32,519 bases of DNA from Streptomyces griseus. Its GTDB lineage: Bacteria; Bacteroidota; Bacteroidia; Chitinophagales; Chitinophagaceae. The position numbers and the translations under genes are program-made. The notes below the pieces were generated by a model. The model ran no database searches. It had not been told where the DNA came from and saw nothing but the letters and a program-made list of their open reading frames with translations. The number at the start of each line of letters is the position of its first letter. Within the stretch, counting starts at the first letter, position 1. The stretch is taken from NCBI GenBank assembly GCA_943323705.2, contig CALPIT020000001.1, positions 1-32,519 of the forward strand, read 5' to 3'. Positions 1 to 8,492 of this stretch are shown here, in pieces.

Positions 1-46
1 ATTGGGAATGATTAATGTTGAGAAATATTTATTGGGGGGATGGAGA

Positions 47-81
47 CTAGATACTAGATGCTGGATGCTAGATGCTGGTTA
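47..81. repeat. Tandem heptamer array CTRGATR (5 units, last degenerate)
   Basis: ctagata ctagatg ctggatg ctagatg ctggtta read directly. Confidence 0.85.
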
Positions 82-136
82 GTACTTCTCAGCAATGTCT
101 CCTGAAAGGGACGTTGCGTATTTTAGAGCCAGATTT

Positions 137-190
137 GCTGGATAGGCTGGATAAGCTGGATATGCTGGATATGCTGGATGTGCTAGATAA
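137..190. repeat. Tandem 9-mer array GCTGGATAN (6 units)
   Basis: gctggatag gctggataa gctggatat gctggatat gctggatgt gctagataa. Confidence 0.92.
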
Positions 191-210
191 AATAAATAAA
201 GTTCATTGGT

Positions 211-290
211 ACTGAATAAACTTCAGTGAAAATATTTGGCTATTTGAGATGAGATGACGTAATATTACAATATTGCAATATTGCAATATC
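211..290 (+). repeat. Copy A of ~80-bp hairpin/promoter/operator module
   Basis: ACTGAATAAACTTCAGT at 211-227, TTTG at 235-238, GACGTAATATT from 256, then ATATTGCAATATTGCAATAT; same layout at 20270 and 20433. Confidence 0.9.
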
Positions 291-370
291 GCGTTTCACC
301 AAATCACCAATTCCATTTCTAGTTCCAATTATCTAATTTTTTTTGTAATTTGTCGCACATTTCAACACAT

Positions 371-736
371 ATGAACTTTAACTGGACTAAACATTTTTTA
401 TTTTTTTGTATATCTGCAGTATTACTAAACTCATGTACACAGCCCGCTGCTAATTATGGCGGCGTTGGTGGCGGACTACCTACACATTACATTTCTATCC
501 TCGATGGAGCTATAAGACCCTCCAATGACACGGTTTCAGTTGGCTCATCCATTACATTTATTAATCAATCTTCTAGCAATCAAACGATTGTATCAGACAA
601 TTTCTCCTTGCTAACTTCTCCAACCTTACCTCCTAATGGTTATTATTATTTTAATAAGACTAACCAGGATACTATTATTAACTTTCGTTCGGTAGAAAAT
701 CCAAATCTTATAGGAACAATCACTTTAAGGCCATAA
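371..736 (+). CDS. Lipoprotein with cupredoxin-like fold, copper ligands absent
   Basis: ATG at 371 gives a signal peptide with lipobox LNSC; pattern ISI..AIRP..TVSVGSSITFIN...GTITL resembles plastocyanin-like lipoproteins. Confidence 0.7.
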   Translation: MNFNWTKHFLFFCISAVLLNSCTQPAANYGGVGGGLPTHYISILDGAIRPSNDTVSVGSSITFINQSSSNQTIVSDNFSLLTSPTLPPNGYYYFNKTNQDTIINFRSVENPNLIGTITLRP

Positions 737-982
737 TTACTATTTAGGAGTTACTTTATTTCTTCTGTTTTTTAAATTCTTTAAGGCATTTAATTTTTTA
801 TAATATGGCTGAATCTAAAAGGGTTTAGGCATGAAAAATATGTATTTTTCGATAAGCAACTCAAAGTACTTCTACTTAATTATCAATCACATACACAATA
901 AAAAGCGCCTAAAAACGCTTATATATTCACAACCTTTGAAAAACAAATGAAGAAGAAAAAACTGCTGGATACTATAGATTGG

Positions 983-1035
983 CTAGATACTAGATACTGG
1001 ATTCTAAATACTGGATTCTAGATAGGCTGGATAAG
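983..1035. repeat. Second CTRGATN heptamer array (6 units) followed by GCTGGATAAG
   Basis: ctagata ctagata ctggatt ctaaata ctggatt ctagata g gctggataag. Confidence 0.85.
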
Positions 1036-1155
1036 CCGAATACACTATTGAATTACTAAGAAAATTTTCATTTCATTTTTTGGTTAAAACACAAACAACT
1101 GCTGTTGATTTCATACAGCTACACAATACTTTTTGTTAGGCACTACAGGACAACG

Positions 1156-1189
1156 AGAAGCCCCGAATTGGACGGGGCTTCTATTTTTT
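1156..1189 (+). terminator. Rho-independent terminator
   Basis: AGAAGCCCCG-aattgga-CGGGGCTTCT perfect 10-bp stem followed by ATTTTTT. Confidence 0.85.
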
Positions 1190-1193
1190 AATT

Positions 1194-1360
1194 AGCCCCC
1201 TAAATCCCCCAAAGGGCGACTTTTATTATGGTTTGCTGAAGCACTTCAACATTAAGTTGATTTCAATTCATTGTTACAAAATGCTTAATAAGTACAAGTA
1301 AAAATATAACATCCAAAATAATACACAATCAAAGTCCCCCTTTGGGGGATTTAGGGGGCT
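1194..1360. mobile_element. MITE/REP-like element copy 1, 30-bp terminal inverted repeats
   Basis: 1194-1223 AGCCCCCTAAATCCCCCAAAGGGCGACTTT matches the reverse complement of 1331-1360 at 29/30; second copy at 3856-4017; no coding capacity. Confidence 0.8.
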
Positions 1361-2029
1361 TTAAAGATACCACCCTGCAAACTGTGTCAACACACCAATC
1401 AACAGCCCACCATAAATATCAAATGGCGAATGTGCTTTCAATATCATTCTTGAAGTACAAACCAATCCAGTAATAACCAACACAGCTGCAAATGGCCATG
1501 TCATCATCATTTCTTGAGAGTTAGATAAAAGATAGAACAAACCAAGCCATCCACCCACTCCAACTGCATGCATACTTACTTTAAAATAAATATTTGCAAT
1601 TAAAGCTGCAGATGAACCTAGGAATAATCCCAACAAATATGACACCCAAACCTCTGGGTATTGAGCTTGCTCCTTAAATACATGATAAGCCCAAAAGAAA
1701 AAAATCCCTGAAGCGATATAAGGTATGATACGATCTTTCTGGGTTTTAAGATAAATTGAATCTATAAAACCTACTGCTTTTAATAACAAAACACTAAGCA
1801 AGGGAAAAAATAATAAATTAATTATAACGATAAAGACTACACGAAGCTTTGTTGCATCAGAAAATCCCGTGAATGTAGTGGGTTGCAAATAAAGTAAGAA
1901 CAAAATAATATATAAAGGCACAAACAAAGGATGAAAGATATAAGAAATCAAATGTGCAAAAACCTTTGCTGGCAACCCAAAACTTAATGTTGAATTTTTT
2001 TCCTGATTAATCTCCTTATTGTTTTCCAT
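1361..2029 (-). CDS. Multi-pass membrane protein, PAP2-like
   Basis: About 6 hydrophobic segments; KVSMHAVGVGG and SRMILKAHSP..IYGG motifs; start overlaps the rpoN stop at 2029. Confidence 0.7.
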   Translation of the reverse strand: MENNKEINQEKNSTLSFGLPAKVFAHLISYIFHPLFVPLYIILFLLYLQPTTFTGFSDATKLRVVFIVIINLLFFPLLSVLLLKAVGFIDSIYLKTQKDRIIPYIASGIFFFWAYHVFKEQAQYPEVWVSYLLGLFLGSSAALIANIYFKVSMHAVGVGGWLGLFYLLSNSQEMMMTWPFAAVLVITGLVCTSRMILKAHSPFDIYGGLLIGVLTQFAGWYL

Positions 2030-3513
2030 TATATTTTTTTTCTTAACCTGGCTACAGGAATATTCAACTGTTCACGATATTTAGCTACAGTTCTTCTCGC
2101 AATGTTATAACCTTTTTGTTGAAGCATTTCTGTAAGCGCTTCATCACTATATGGATTTTTTTTACTCTCTTCTTCTATCAAGTCTGATAAAATCCTTTTC
2201 ACTTCTCTCGTACTCACTTCTTCTCCGGAATCTGTTTGCAGACTTTCACTAAAGAAAAACTTTAGTCTATATGTTCCGAATTCTGTTTGTACAAATTTAC
2301 TATTGGCCACCCTGCTCACGGTAGAAATATCTTGCATGGTTTTTTCTGCCACATCTTTTAAAATCATTGGCTTCAAATCCATCTCATCTCCTGTCAGGAA
2401 AAAATTATATTGATAATTCATGATGGCCTCCATCGTATTCAACAATGTATTTTGTCTTTGTTTGATGGCATCAATAAACCATTTTGCTGAATCCAATTTT
2501 TGTTTTATAAACATCACCGCCTCTTTCTGACTCTTATTGTCTTTTTTACTTTTCTCATAATGGTTGAGCATATCTCTGTAACCATCGCTGACTCTCAAAT
2601 CCGGAGCATTCTTGCTGTTTAATGAAAGCTCCAGTTTACCTACATTGTTGTTGATAAAAAAATCAGGAATGATATAGTTTTCAGATCTCGCAGAATCTCC
2701 TGCCATAATTCCTGGTCTAGGATTCAATTTTATGATTTGATTGATAATTCCTCTTAGTTGATCATCTGAAAGAGACAATCCCCTTTGTATTTTTTCGTAA
2801 TGCTTTTTGGTAAACTCTTCGAAATATAATTTTAGCACTTTAATGGCTAAAATAGTATCCTGAGAAATGTTGGGCAAACGTTGTAGTTGTATTAATAGAC
2901 ATTCCTGTAAATCTTTTGCGGCGACACCGGCCGGGTCGAAATCCTGAATCATCGAAATAATATGCTTCACCATACTTTCGTCGGCTTCAATATTTTGTCT
3001 GAATGCAAGATCATCTATAATTGATGTGATCTCTCTTCTTAAATAACCATCATCATCCAAACTTCCTATGATTTGTTCTGCAATTTTTTGCTCTTTCTCA
3101 TTTAGCTTCAATAAACCTAGTTGCTGAATCATGAGCTCATTGAATGAAACTTCTACTTTATGAGGAGTGGTTCTGTTTTCATCTGCATCCGGATAATTAT
3201 CATCACGCAATTTGTAATCACCAATATCATCATCTCCTTCTTGTACATATTCACTAATGTCAATATTGTCATATTCTTCCTCGCTGCCATCGGGCTCAAA
3301 TTCATCCTCATTGTTTTCGGCAAATTCATCTTTGATGTCAAATTCATCCTCATGACCTTCTTCCACTTGTTCGAGTGCGGGATTTTCTTCAAGCTCTTCT
3401 TTTATCCGCTCTTCCAACTGGGCAGTAGGAATCTGCAGCAATTTCATCAGTTGAATTTGCTGCGGACTCAGTTTTTGTAGCATCTTCTGCTGTAAACCTT
3501 GTTGCATTGCCAT
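2029..3513 (-). CDS. rpoN: RNA polymerase sigma-54 factor
   Basis: Q/L-rich N-terminus (QKLSPQQIQLMKLLQ), HTH DISTVSRVANSK, RpoN box ARRTVAKYRE. Confidence 0.98.
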   Translation of the reverse strand: MAMQQGLQQKMLQKLSPQQIQLMKLLQIPTAQLEERIKEELEENPALEQVEEGHEDEFDIKDEFAENNEDEFEPDGSEEEYDNIDISEYVQEGDDDIGDYKLRDDNYPDADENRTTPHKVEVSFNELMIQQLGLLKLNEKEQKIAEQIIGSLDDDGYLRREITSIIDDLAFRQNIEADESMVKHIISMIQDFDPAGVAAKDLQECLLIQLQRLPNISQDTILAIKVLKLYFEEFTKKHYEKIQRGLSLSDDQLRGIINQIIKLNPRPGIMAGDSARSENYIIPDFFINNNVGKLELSLNSKNAPDLRVSDGYRDMLNHYEKSKKDNKSQKEAVMFIKQKLDSAKWFIDAIKQRQNTLLNTMEAIMNYQYNFFLTGDEMDLKPMILKDVAEKTMQDISTVSRVANSKFVQTEFGTYRLKFFFSESLQTDSGEEVSTREVKRILSDLIEEESKKNPYSDEALTEMLQQKGYNIARRTVAKYREQLNIPVARLRKKI

Positions 3514-3561
3514 GGTTGATAATCAATTCAGCTGTAAATTTACACAATAGAATACCGTAAG

Positions 3562-3864
3562 TTGAAACAAAAACAGATATTTTTATTTTTTTGCATGATT
3601 TTTGTGGAGAAGCTTGCTTTTGCACAAAAAAACGACTATTTTATAAATAACTCGTCAATCATTCAACATGTTTCAGTCGCAACGAAATTCCCATCAAATC
3701 CTTTATTGAAGAGCATTCCCGAGAATTACTATTTACAAAATATTGGTATTATTTGCAAACAGGAATGGAAATTTGAAAAGGCTACAAAAATCCCTTTAAG
3801 AATTCGAGTCGGTAGTTTACAGCAGTGTAATTGGCTGGAAGGAAAAAAATATTCTGCCCCCTAA
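3562..3864 (+). CDS. Small exported hypothetical protein, divergent from rpoN
   Basis: Signal-peptide-like N-terminus; C-terminal GIICKQEWKFEKATKIPLRIRVGS..CNWLEGK looks like a real conserved motif; TTG start uncertain. Confidence 0.7.
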   Translation: MKQKQIFLFFCMIFVEKLAFAQKNDYFINNSSIIQHVSVATKFPSNPLLKSIPENYYLQNIGIICKQEWKFEKATKIPLRIRVGSLQQCNWLEGKKYSAP

Positions 3865-4017
3865 ATCCCCCGAGGGGGGACTTTAATTATACTTTGCTGG
3901 GGCACCTCAAGATAAAGTTGATTTCAATTCATTATTACAAAATGCTTAATAAGTACAAGTAATATAACATCCAAAATAATACACAATCAAAGTCCCCCTT
4001 CGGGGGATTTAGGGGGC
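3856..4017. mobile_element. MITE/REP-like element copy 2, 29-bp terminal inverted repeats
   Basis: 3856-3884 matches the reverse complement of 3989-4017 at 28/29; about 92% identical to 1195-1359 by hand alignment, same orientation. Confidence 0.8.
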
Positions 4018-5211
4018 CTACTTTGGCGTCATCGCCGGCTCTTTAAAATAATTCAATCTCAAGCTATCACTCCATCCATTCAGATTTTTCTCCAGCGAAC
4101 GACTGCTATAAAACATCATCCCTTGAATATTGGGAGTCTTTCTGATCTTTTCAATTTGTTTGGGTAATAAATTCTTATCGCTCCAAGCCTTATTACATCC
4201 GGCTCTGTATACACCCAAGCCGATATAGCATTTTTTGCCATTGGTATTTTTGCTCCACCAATCCAATACCACATCAAATGGCACGCGCTTGCTGGTCATT
4301 TCCCAATATAGTTGTGGTGCGATATAATCTACCCAGCCTTTTTTGAGCCATAATAAAATATCTGCGTACAAAAAATCATAATCAGTAGGACCAGCTTGTG
4401 TTTTACTACCTCTTGGATCTCTGTCTGAATTTCTCCATACACCAAATGGACTTACACCAAATTGACAATTGCTATTTATTTTTTTGATTTCAGTGTATAA
4501 ATTGGCAATGACTGAATCTACATTACTTCTTCTCCAATCATCCAATTTCATATTATTTCCATAAAGAGCAAATGTTTTGTTGTCCTGAAATTTAACTCCA
4601 GGTAAGGGATAAGGGTAAAAATAATCATCGATATGAATGGCGTCTACAGGATAACGTTTTACAATATCTTTTACAACATCAACTACATATTGTCTAGCCT
4701 CTTTATTTCCGGGATCAAAAAATAATTTATTCCCATATTGAATAAACCACTCAGGATGTTGCTTTGTAACATGTTTTTCCGCAATTGAAGACTTCTCAAT
4801 GTTTTGAACCGCTCTAAATGGATTGATCCAGGCATGAAACTCCATTCCGCGTTTATGCGTTTCAGTTACCATGAACTCCAATGGATCGAATAAAGGTACA
4901 GGAGCCTGTCCTTGTATACCCGTAAGCCACTGACTCCACGGCTCGTAAGGTGAAGGATAAAATGCATCTGAAGAAGGACGAATTTGAACTATGATTGTAT
5001 TGATGCCGCTGCAGAAATGTTTTTCAAGCAATCGAAGGAACGCATCTTTATGTAATTGCGCTTCAACTGATGCAGTATCCGGCCAGTCGATATTGTCAAC
5101 AGTAGCCACCCAAACAGCCCTCATTTCAGTTTTGATATTTGCTTTCTGAGCAAATACCTGAAATTGAATTAGTAAAAGAAAAACAAAAACTACGGTACGA
5201 ATTTTAATCAT
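4018..5211 (-). CDS. Family 10-like glycoside hydrolase (GHL10/DUF187, YddW-like)
   Basis: EMRAVWVATVDNIDWP, FHAWINPFR, IHIDDYFYPYP, FGVSPFGVW, DYIAPQLYW motifs; signal peptide. Confidence 0.92.
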   Translation of the reverse strand: MIKIRTVVFVFLLLIQFQVFAQKANIKTEMRAVWVATVDNIDWPDTASVEAQLHKDAFLRLLEKHFCSGINTIIVQIRPSSDAFYPSPYEPWSQWLTGIQGQAPVPLFDPLEFMVTETHKRGMEFHAWINPFRAVQNIEKSSIAEKHVTKQHPEWFIQYGNKLFFDPGNKEARQYVVDVVKDIVKRYPVDAIHIDDYFYPYPLPGVKFQDNKTFALYGNNMKLDDWRRSNVDSVIANLYTEIKKINSNCQFGVSPFGVWRNSDRDPRGSKTQAGPTDYDFLYADILLWLKKGWVDYIAPQLYWEMTSKRVPFDVVLDWWSKNTNGKKCYIGLGVYRAGCNKAWSDKNLLPKQIEKIRKTPNIQGMMFYSSRSLEKNLNGWSDSLRLNYFKEPAMTPK

Positions 5212-5252
5212 ATGGGAGATGTAATAATATTGAAATCAAATCTAAACAGTTG

Positions 5253-6293
5253 TTACTTGTCGTTGTTTTCTGGCGTCACATTTCTCACAACAACAAATTC
5301 ATTGATATAAATTTTAACCAGAATCATAAAATAGCTAATCAATAAGGGCCCGAATATCAATCCCACAAATCCGAATAAATTAAGCCCAACAATAACACCC
5401 AGAATTGTTACTAAAGGATGTACGTCACCTATTTTTTTCATGAGTGTAATTCTGGCTACATAATCGACATTTCCTGTCACTATAACACTATACAAAGTTA
5501 ATCCGCCTGCAAAAAAATCATTGCCTGTTGCAAACATATAGGCTACAAGTGGAACCCAAATAATCATGGTACCCACCATAGGAAAAAATGCAAAAAGTCC
5601 TGTAAAAAATCCCCACAACGCCCAGTCATTGATTCCAAATATCCAATAGCCCAAAGCAGCAAAAATACCTTGCACAATACAAATAATAGGAATACCAAGT
5701 GCATTGGCTTTCACCATCATTTTAGTTTCTTCTGCAAGCAGATCAATATTTTCATTTTTTAACGGAATGATTTTCGACAAGTATAATTCTACACTTGACC
5801 CACCGGTAAGTAAATAATAATATAAGAAAAACATCATTAACAAATTGCCTAACATAACCGCAGTACTATTCAGCAACTGTGGGACGAAAGCAGATATTTT
5901 TGATGCAGTTTCTTTGGCATTATCAGCTGTAAACAAATCCATTCCTGTTTTAGCTTTTATTTTATCAGCAATTATCTGAATGCCTTCTATAAGTTTGTCT
6001 TGTTGATCTGTAATTAATTTTAATTTAGGACTCACCAATTCAATGCCTATATAAACAGGAATGGCAATCAGAATGATAAAAGCTAAAATGAAAAGCAATG
6101 CGGTTAACCCTTTCTTCCATTTGAATTTAAAAATGAATTGGAAATATAATGAACGACTCAAGATGTACAAGGTAATACCGCCTAAAAAACCGGGTATAAA
6201 TATTGTTAATTCGAAAATCAATAAAACTGCAATAATCACAATTAATATGAACAATACTACCTGCCTAAATCTTTCATTAAATGAATTTATCAT
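5253..6293 (-). CDS. AI-2E family transporter
   Basis: Multi-TM; FFPMVGTMIIWVP, VHPLVTILGVIVGLNLFGFVGLIFGP motifs. Confidence 0.92.
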   Translation of the reverse strand: MINSFNERFRQVVLFILIVIIAVLLIFELTIFIPGFLGGITLYILSRSLYFQFIFKFKWKKGLTALLFILAFIILIAIPVYIGIELVSPKLKLITDQQDKLIEGIQIIADKIKAKTGMDLFTADNAKETASKISAFVPQLLNSTAVMLGNLLMMFFLYYYLLTGGSSVELYLSKIIPLKNENIDLLAEETKMMVKANALGIPIICIVQGIFAALGYWIFGINDWALWGFFTGLFAFFPMVGTMIIWVPLVAYMFATGNDFFAGGLTLYSVIVTGNVDYVARITLMKKIGDVHPLVTILGVIVGLNLFGFVGLIFGPLLISYFMILVKIYINEFVVVRNVTPENNDK

Positions 6294-6315
6294 TGTTGTT
6301 TTTTAATGTGAATGA

Positions 6316-7347
6316 TTAATCTTCCCAAACCGAAACGCCTTCGCTACAATTGGCGCAAATATCAATATTTTTTCTGCTTTTCATGAGCTCCTTTCTGAAT
6401 TGTTTGTAATTGTCATTTTTCCAGATATCAGCAAACGATTGTGTATTCAGATTCCCCAGTTGATGTGTGGCGTCTTTATCAAAACAGCAAGGCACTACAA
6501 GTCCGTCCCAAGTAATAACATTGGCATGCCATAATTTCCAGCAACGATTGGCTAATTTATTTTTAAGACGATAAGTACCATCTGCATTTTTTTTATACCT
6601 GCTGTATTTTTCATTTTCAGGAATCAATTGATTCGGGTCGTTTTCAAAATCGTATACCTGTGCTGTCTTAAATCGAACTTCGTCTACTCCTACCTGTTTG
6701 GCCAAGGCTTTAATTTCTTCAATCTGATGTTCATTAGGTTTGACTACCAGAAATTGAAAAAACACAAATGGCGTTTTACTGTTTAATGCCTTCTTCCATT
6801 TCACAATATTTTTTGCGCCTTCTAACACCTTTTCAAAATTGCCGCCCACCCGATATTGTTTATATACTTCCTGAGTTGTACCATCGATGGAGATAATCAA
6901 TCGATCCAATCCGCTTTCTACAGTTTTTCTTGCCATTTCATCTGTGAGATAATGCGCGTTGGTAGAGGTTGCGGTATAAATTTTCTTTTTATTCGCATAG
7001 GCAACCATATCTAAAAAATCAGGATTCAAATATGGCTCACCTTGAAAATAAAAAATTAAATACAGTACATGTTTGTGTAGGTCATCGATCGTCTGTTTGA
7101 AAAAATTGTTTTGTAACATGCCGGTTGGCCTGGTAAAAGCTCTTAATCCGCTTGGACATTCAGGACACCGAAGATTACAGCTGGTTGTAGGTTCAAAAGA
7201 TATAGAAACAGGAAGGCCCCATTGAATAGGGGTTTTACTAAATTTACTGATTTGATAACTGGAGTATACTTTCAATGCATTCCAAATCCTACCAACACTA
7301 AGCTTGCTGATTAGATTAATGGAATCATTTACATTGAACTCTGGCAT
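6316..7347 (-). CDS. Radical SAM protein with SPASM/Twitch-type C-terminal domain
   Basis: CNLRCPEC (CxxxCxxC), GEPYLN, ISIDG; C-terminal CWKLW...VVPCCFD...CANC. Confidence 0.93.
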   Translation of the reverse strand: MPEFNVNDSINLISKLSVGRIWNALKVYSSYQISKFSKTPIQWGLPVSISFEPTTSCNLRCPECPSGLRAFTRPTGMLQNNFFKQTIDDLHKHVLYLIFYFQGEPYLNPDFLDMVAYANKKKIYTATSTNAHYLTDEMARKTVESGLDRLIISIDGTTQEVYKQYRVGGNFEKVLEGAKNIVKWKKALNSKTPFVFFQFLVVKPNEHQIEEIKALAKQVGVDEVRFKTAQVYDFENDPNQLIPENEKYSRYKKNADGTYRLKNKLANRCWKLWHANVITWDGLVVPCCFDKDATHQLGNLNTQSFADIWKNDNYKQFRKELMKSRKNIDICANCSEGVSVWED

Positions 7348-7351
7348 GCAA

Positions 7352-7359
7352 CAAAATTA
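7352..7359 (-). promoter_or_regulatory. Bacteroidetes -7 promoter element (TAATTTTG), 4 nt from the ATG
   Basis: Matches TAnnTTTG on the minus strand; implies a leaderless or near-leaderless mRNA. Confidence 0.55.
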
Positions 7360-7425
7360 ATGTTATTTTGTCGCAACTAGTTTGTTCTATTTTCGTTTGA
7401 AATAATTTACTTAGACACAAATTTT

Positions 7426-8346
7426 TTAGAAACGAAAGCAAGGAACTTCAGTCATGCAAGTGCTGAAATTTTCTTCACAAAGTTGATTATTAATTTCTGT
7501 GTCAACGGGAGTAAAAATCTGATCTCTGAAACATAGTGTGCCTTGTTCATAACTATCGTAATTTTCAAAAATTACATTCAGGGTAATGAAGTTCATAACA
7601 TAATTTCTGGTTTCTTTTGGTAGAAACTGTTGTACTTCCCAGAAACTTGCGCATTCAATGCCAGATTTTCTGATCGCTTTTCTCACATTGCCAATACCGC
7701 AATTATAACTTGCCGCCACCAAAAGCCAGTCGTTATTCAATTCTCTGCAACGATCTTTTAAGTATTTTGCTGCAGCATGGGTAGATTTTAATAAGTCTTT
7801 TCTATCATCAACGTAAACATATTTTTTTACTCTGTTTCTGTATTTTCTTGAACGATATTTCTTTGCTGTGTATTTGTAGTTGATATTTCTGACTTTCATG
7901 TTTACTTTCAAACCATATTCTTTTGCAGTTGTGCTCATAAACTGCCAGTAGCCCAAAGCGCCTACAGGTGAAAGTGCATTGGCATTGAATCCGCTTTCTA
8001 TAGCCATCAATACTTTGAATTCCTGAGGAATATTGTATTGCTCAAATACTTCAGATACCTGAGGAAAAAAATCTTTGCTTTTGTTATATAATATAGTGAG
8101 GTATTTTTTTCTGTTGTTAGAAAAATTCTCAACATACGATAATGAATTTGATAAATGAGGCGTAAACAGACCTGGATAAACAACATTTGCCTTTTTTACA
8201 ATTGTAGTTTTATAAATTGTTTCAGGAATATATACTGATTTCATTAGTGCCGTATCGCTTAAATTTGTACGCGTATTTGCTGATACAGACATCCCGACGA
8301 ATAAAATCAGGACAATTGAGGCAATTTTAACAAATTTTGTTTTCAC
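7426..8346 (-). CDS. Lytic transglycosylase (MltD-like SLT domain, no LysM)
   Basis: IES catalytic motif, GALGYWQFM, ASYNCG, LPKETRNYV; signal peptide; GTG start. Confidence 0.92.
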   Translation of the reverse strand: MKTKFVKIASIVLILFVGMSVSANTRTNLSDTALMKSVYIPETIYKTTIVKKANVVYPGLFTPHLSNSLSYVENFSNNRKKYLTILYNKSKDFFPQVSEVFEQYNIPQEFKVLMAIESGFNANALSPVGALGYWQFMSTTAKEYGLKVNMKVRNINYKYTAKKYRSRKYRNRVKKYVYVDDRKDLLKSTHAAAKYLKDRCRELNNDWLLVAASYNCGIGNVRKAIRKSGIECASFWEVQQFLPKETRNYVMNFITLNVIFENYDSYEQGTLCFRDQIFTPVDTEINNQLCEENFSTCMTEVPCFRF

Positions 8347-8492
8347 GTTTTCGTAGTATTATTGGATGAATAATTTACCCAGAGAAATTTTCTCGAGGCT
8401 GTATAAAAACGAAGTAAGCGGTTCATTATTGCCTTTTTGATTGTTTAGAATTGTTTTTTTAATATCTTATTTATTATATATTATTTTGTTGT

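Noticed and set aside
3153-3625. ORFs 3153-3392, 3160-3480 and 3389-3625
   Set aside because: Alternate-frame or antisense shadows of the acidic N-terminal region of rpoN
6316-7347. Radical SAM/SPASM protein as a RiPP maturase
   Set aside because: No adjacent precursor peptide, RRE domain or peptidase-transporter; context looks like housekeeping
8402-8433. Possible ECF-sigma promoter (minus strand GGCAATAA...CGTTTTTATA) for the transglycosylase
   Set aside because: Single instance, no consensus I can verify from this window
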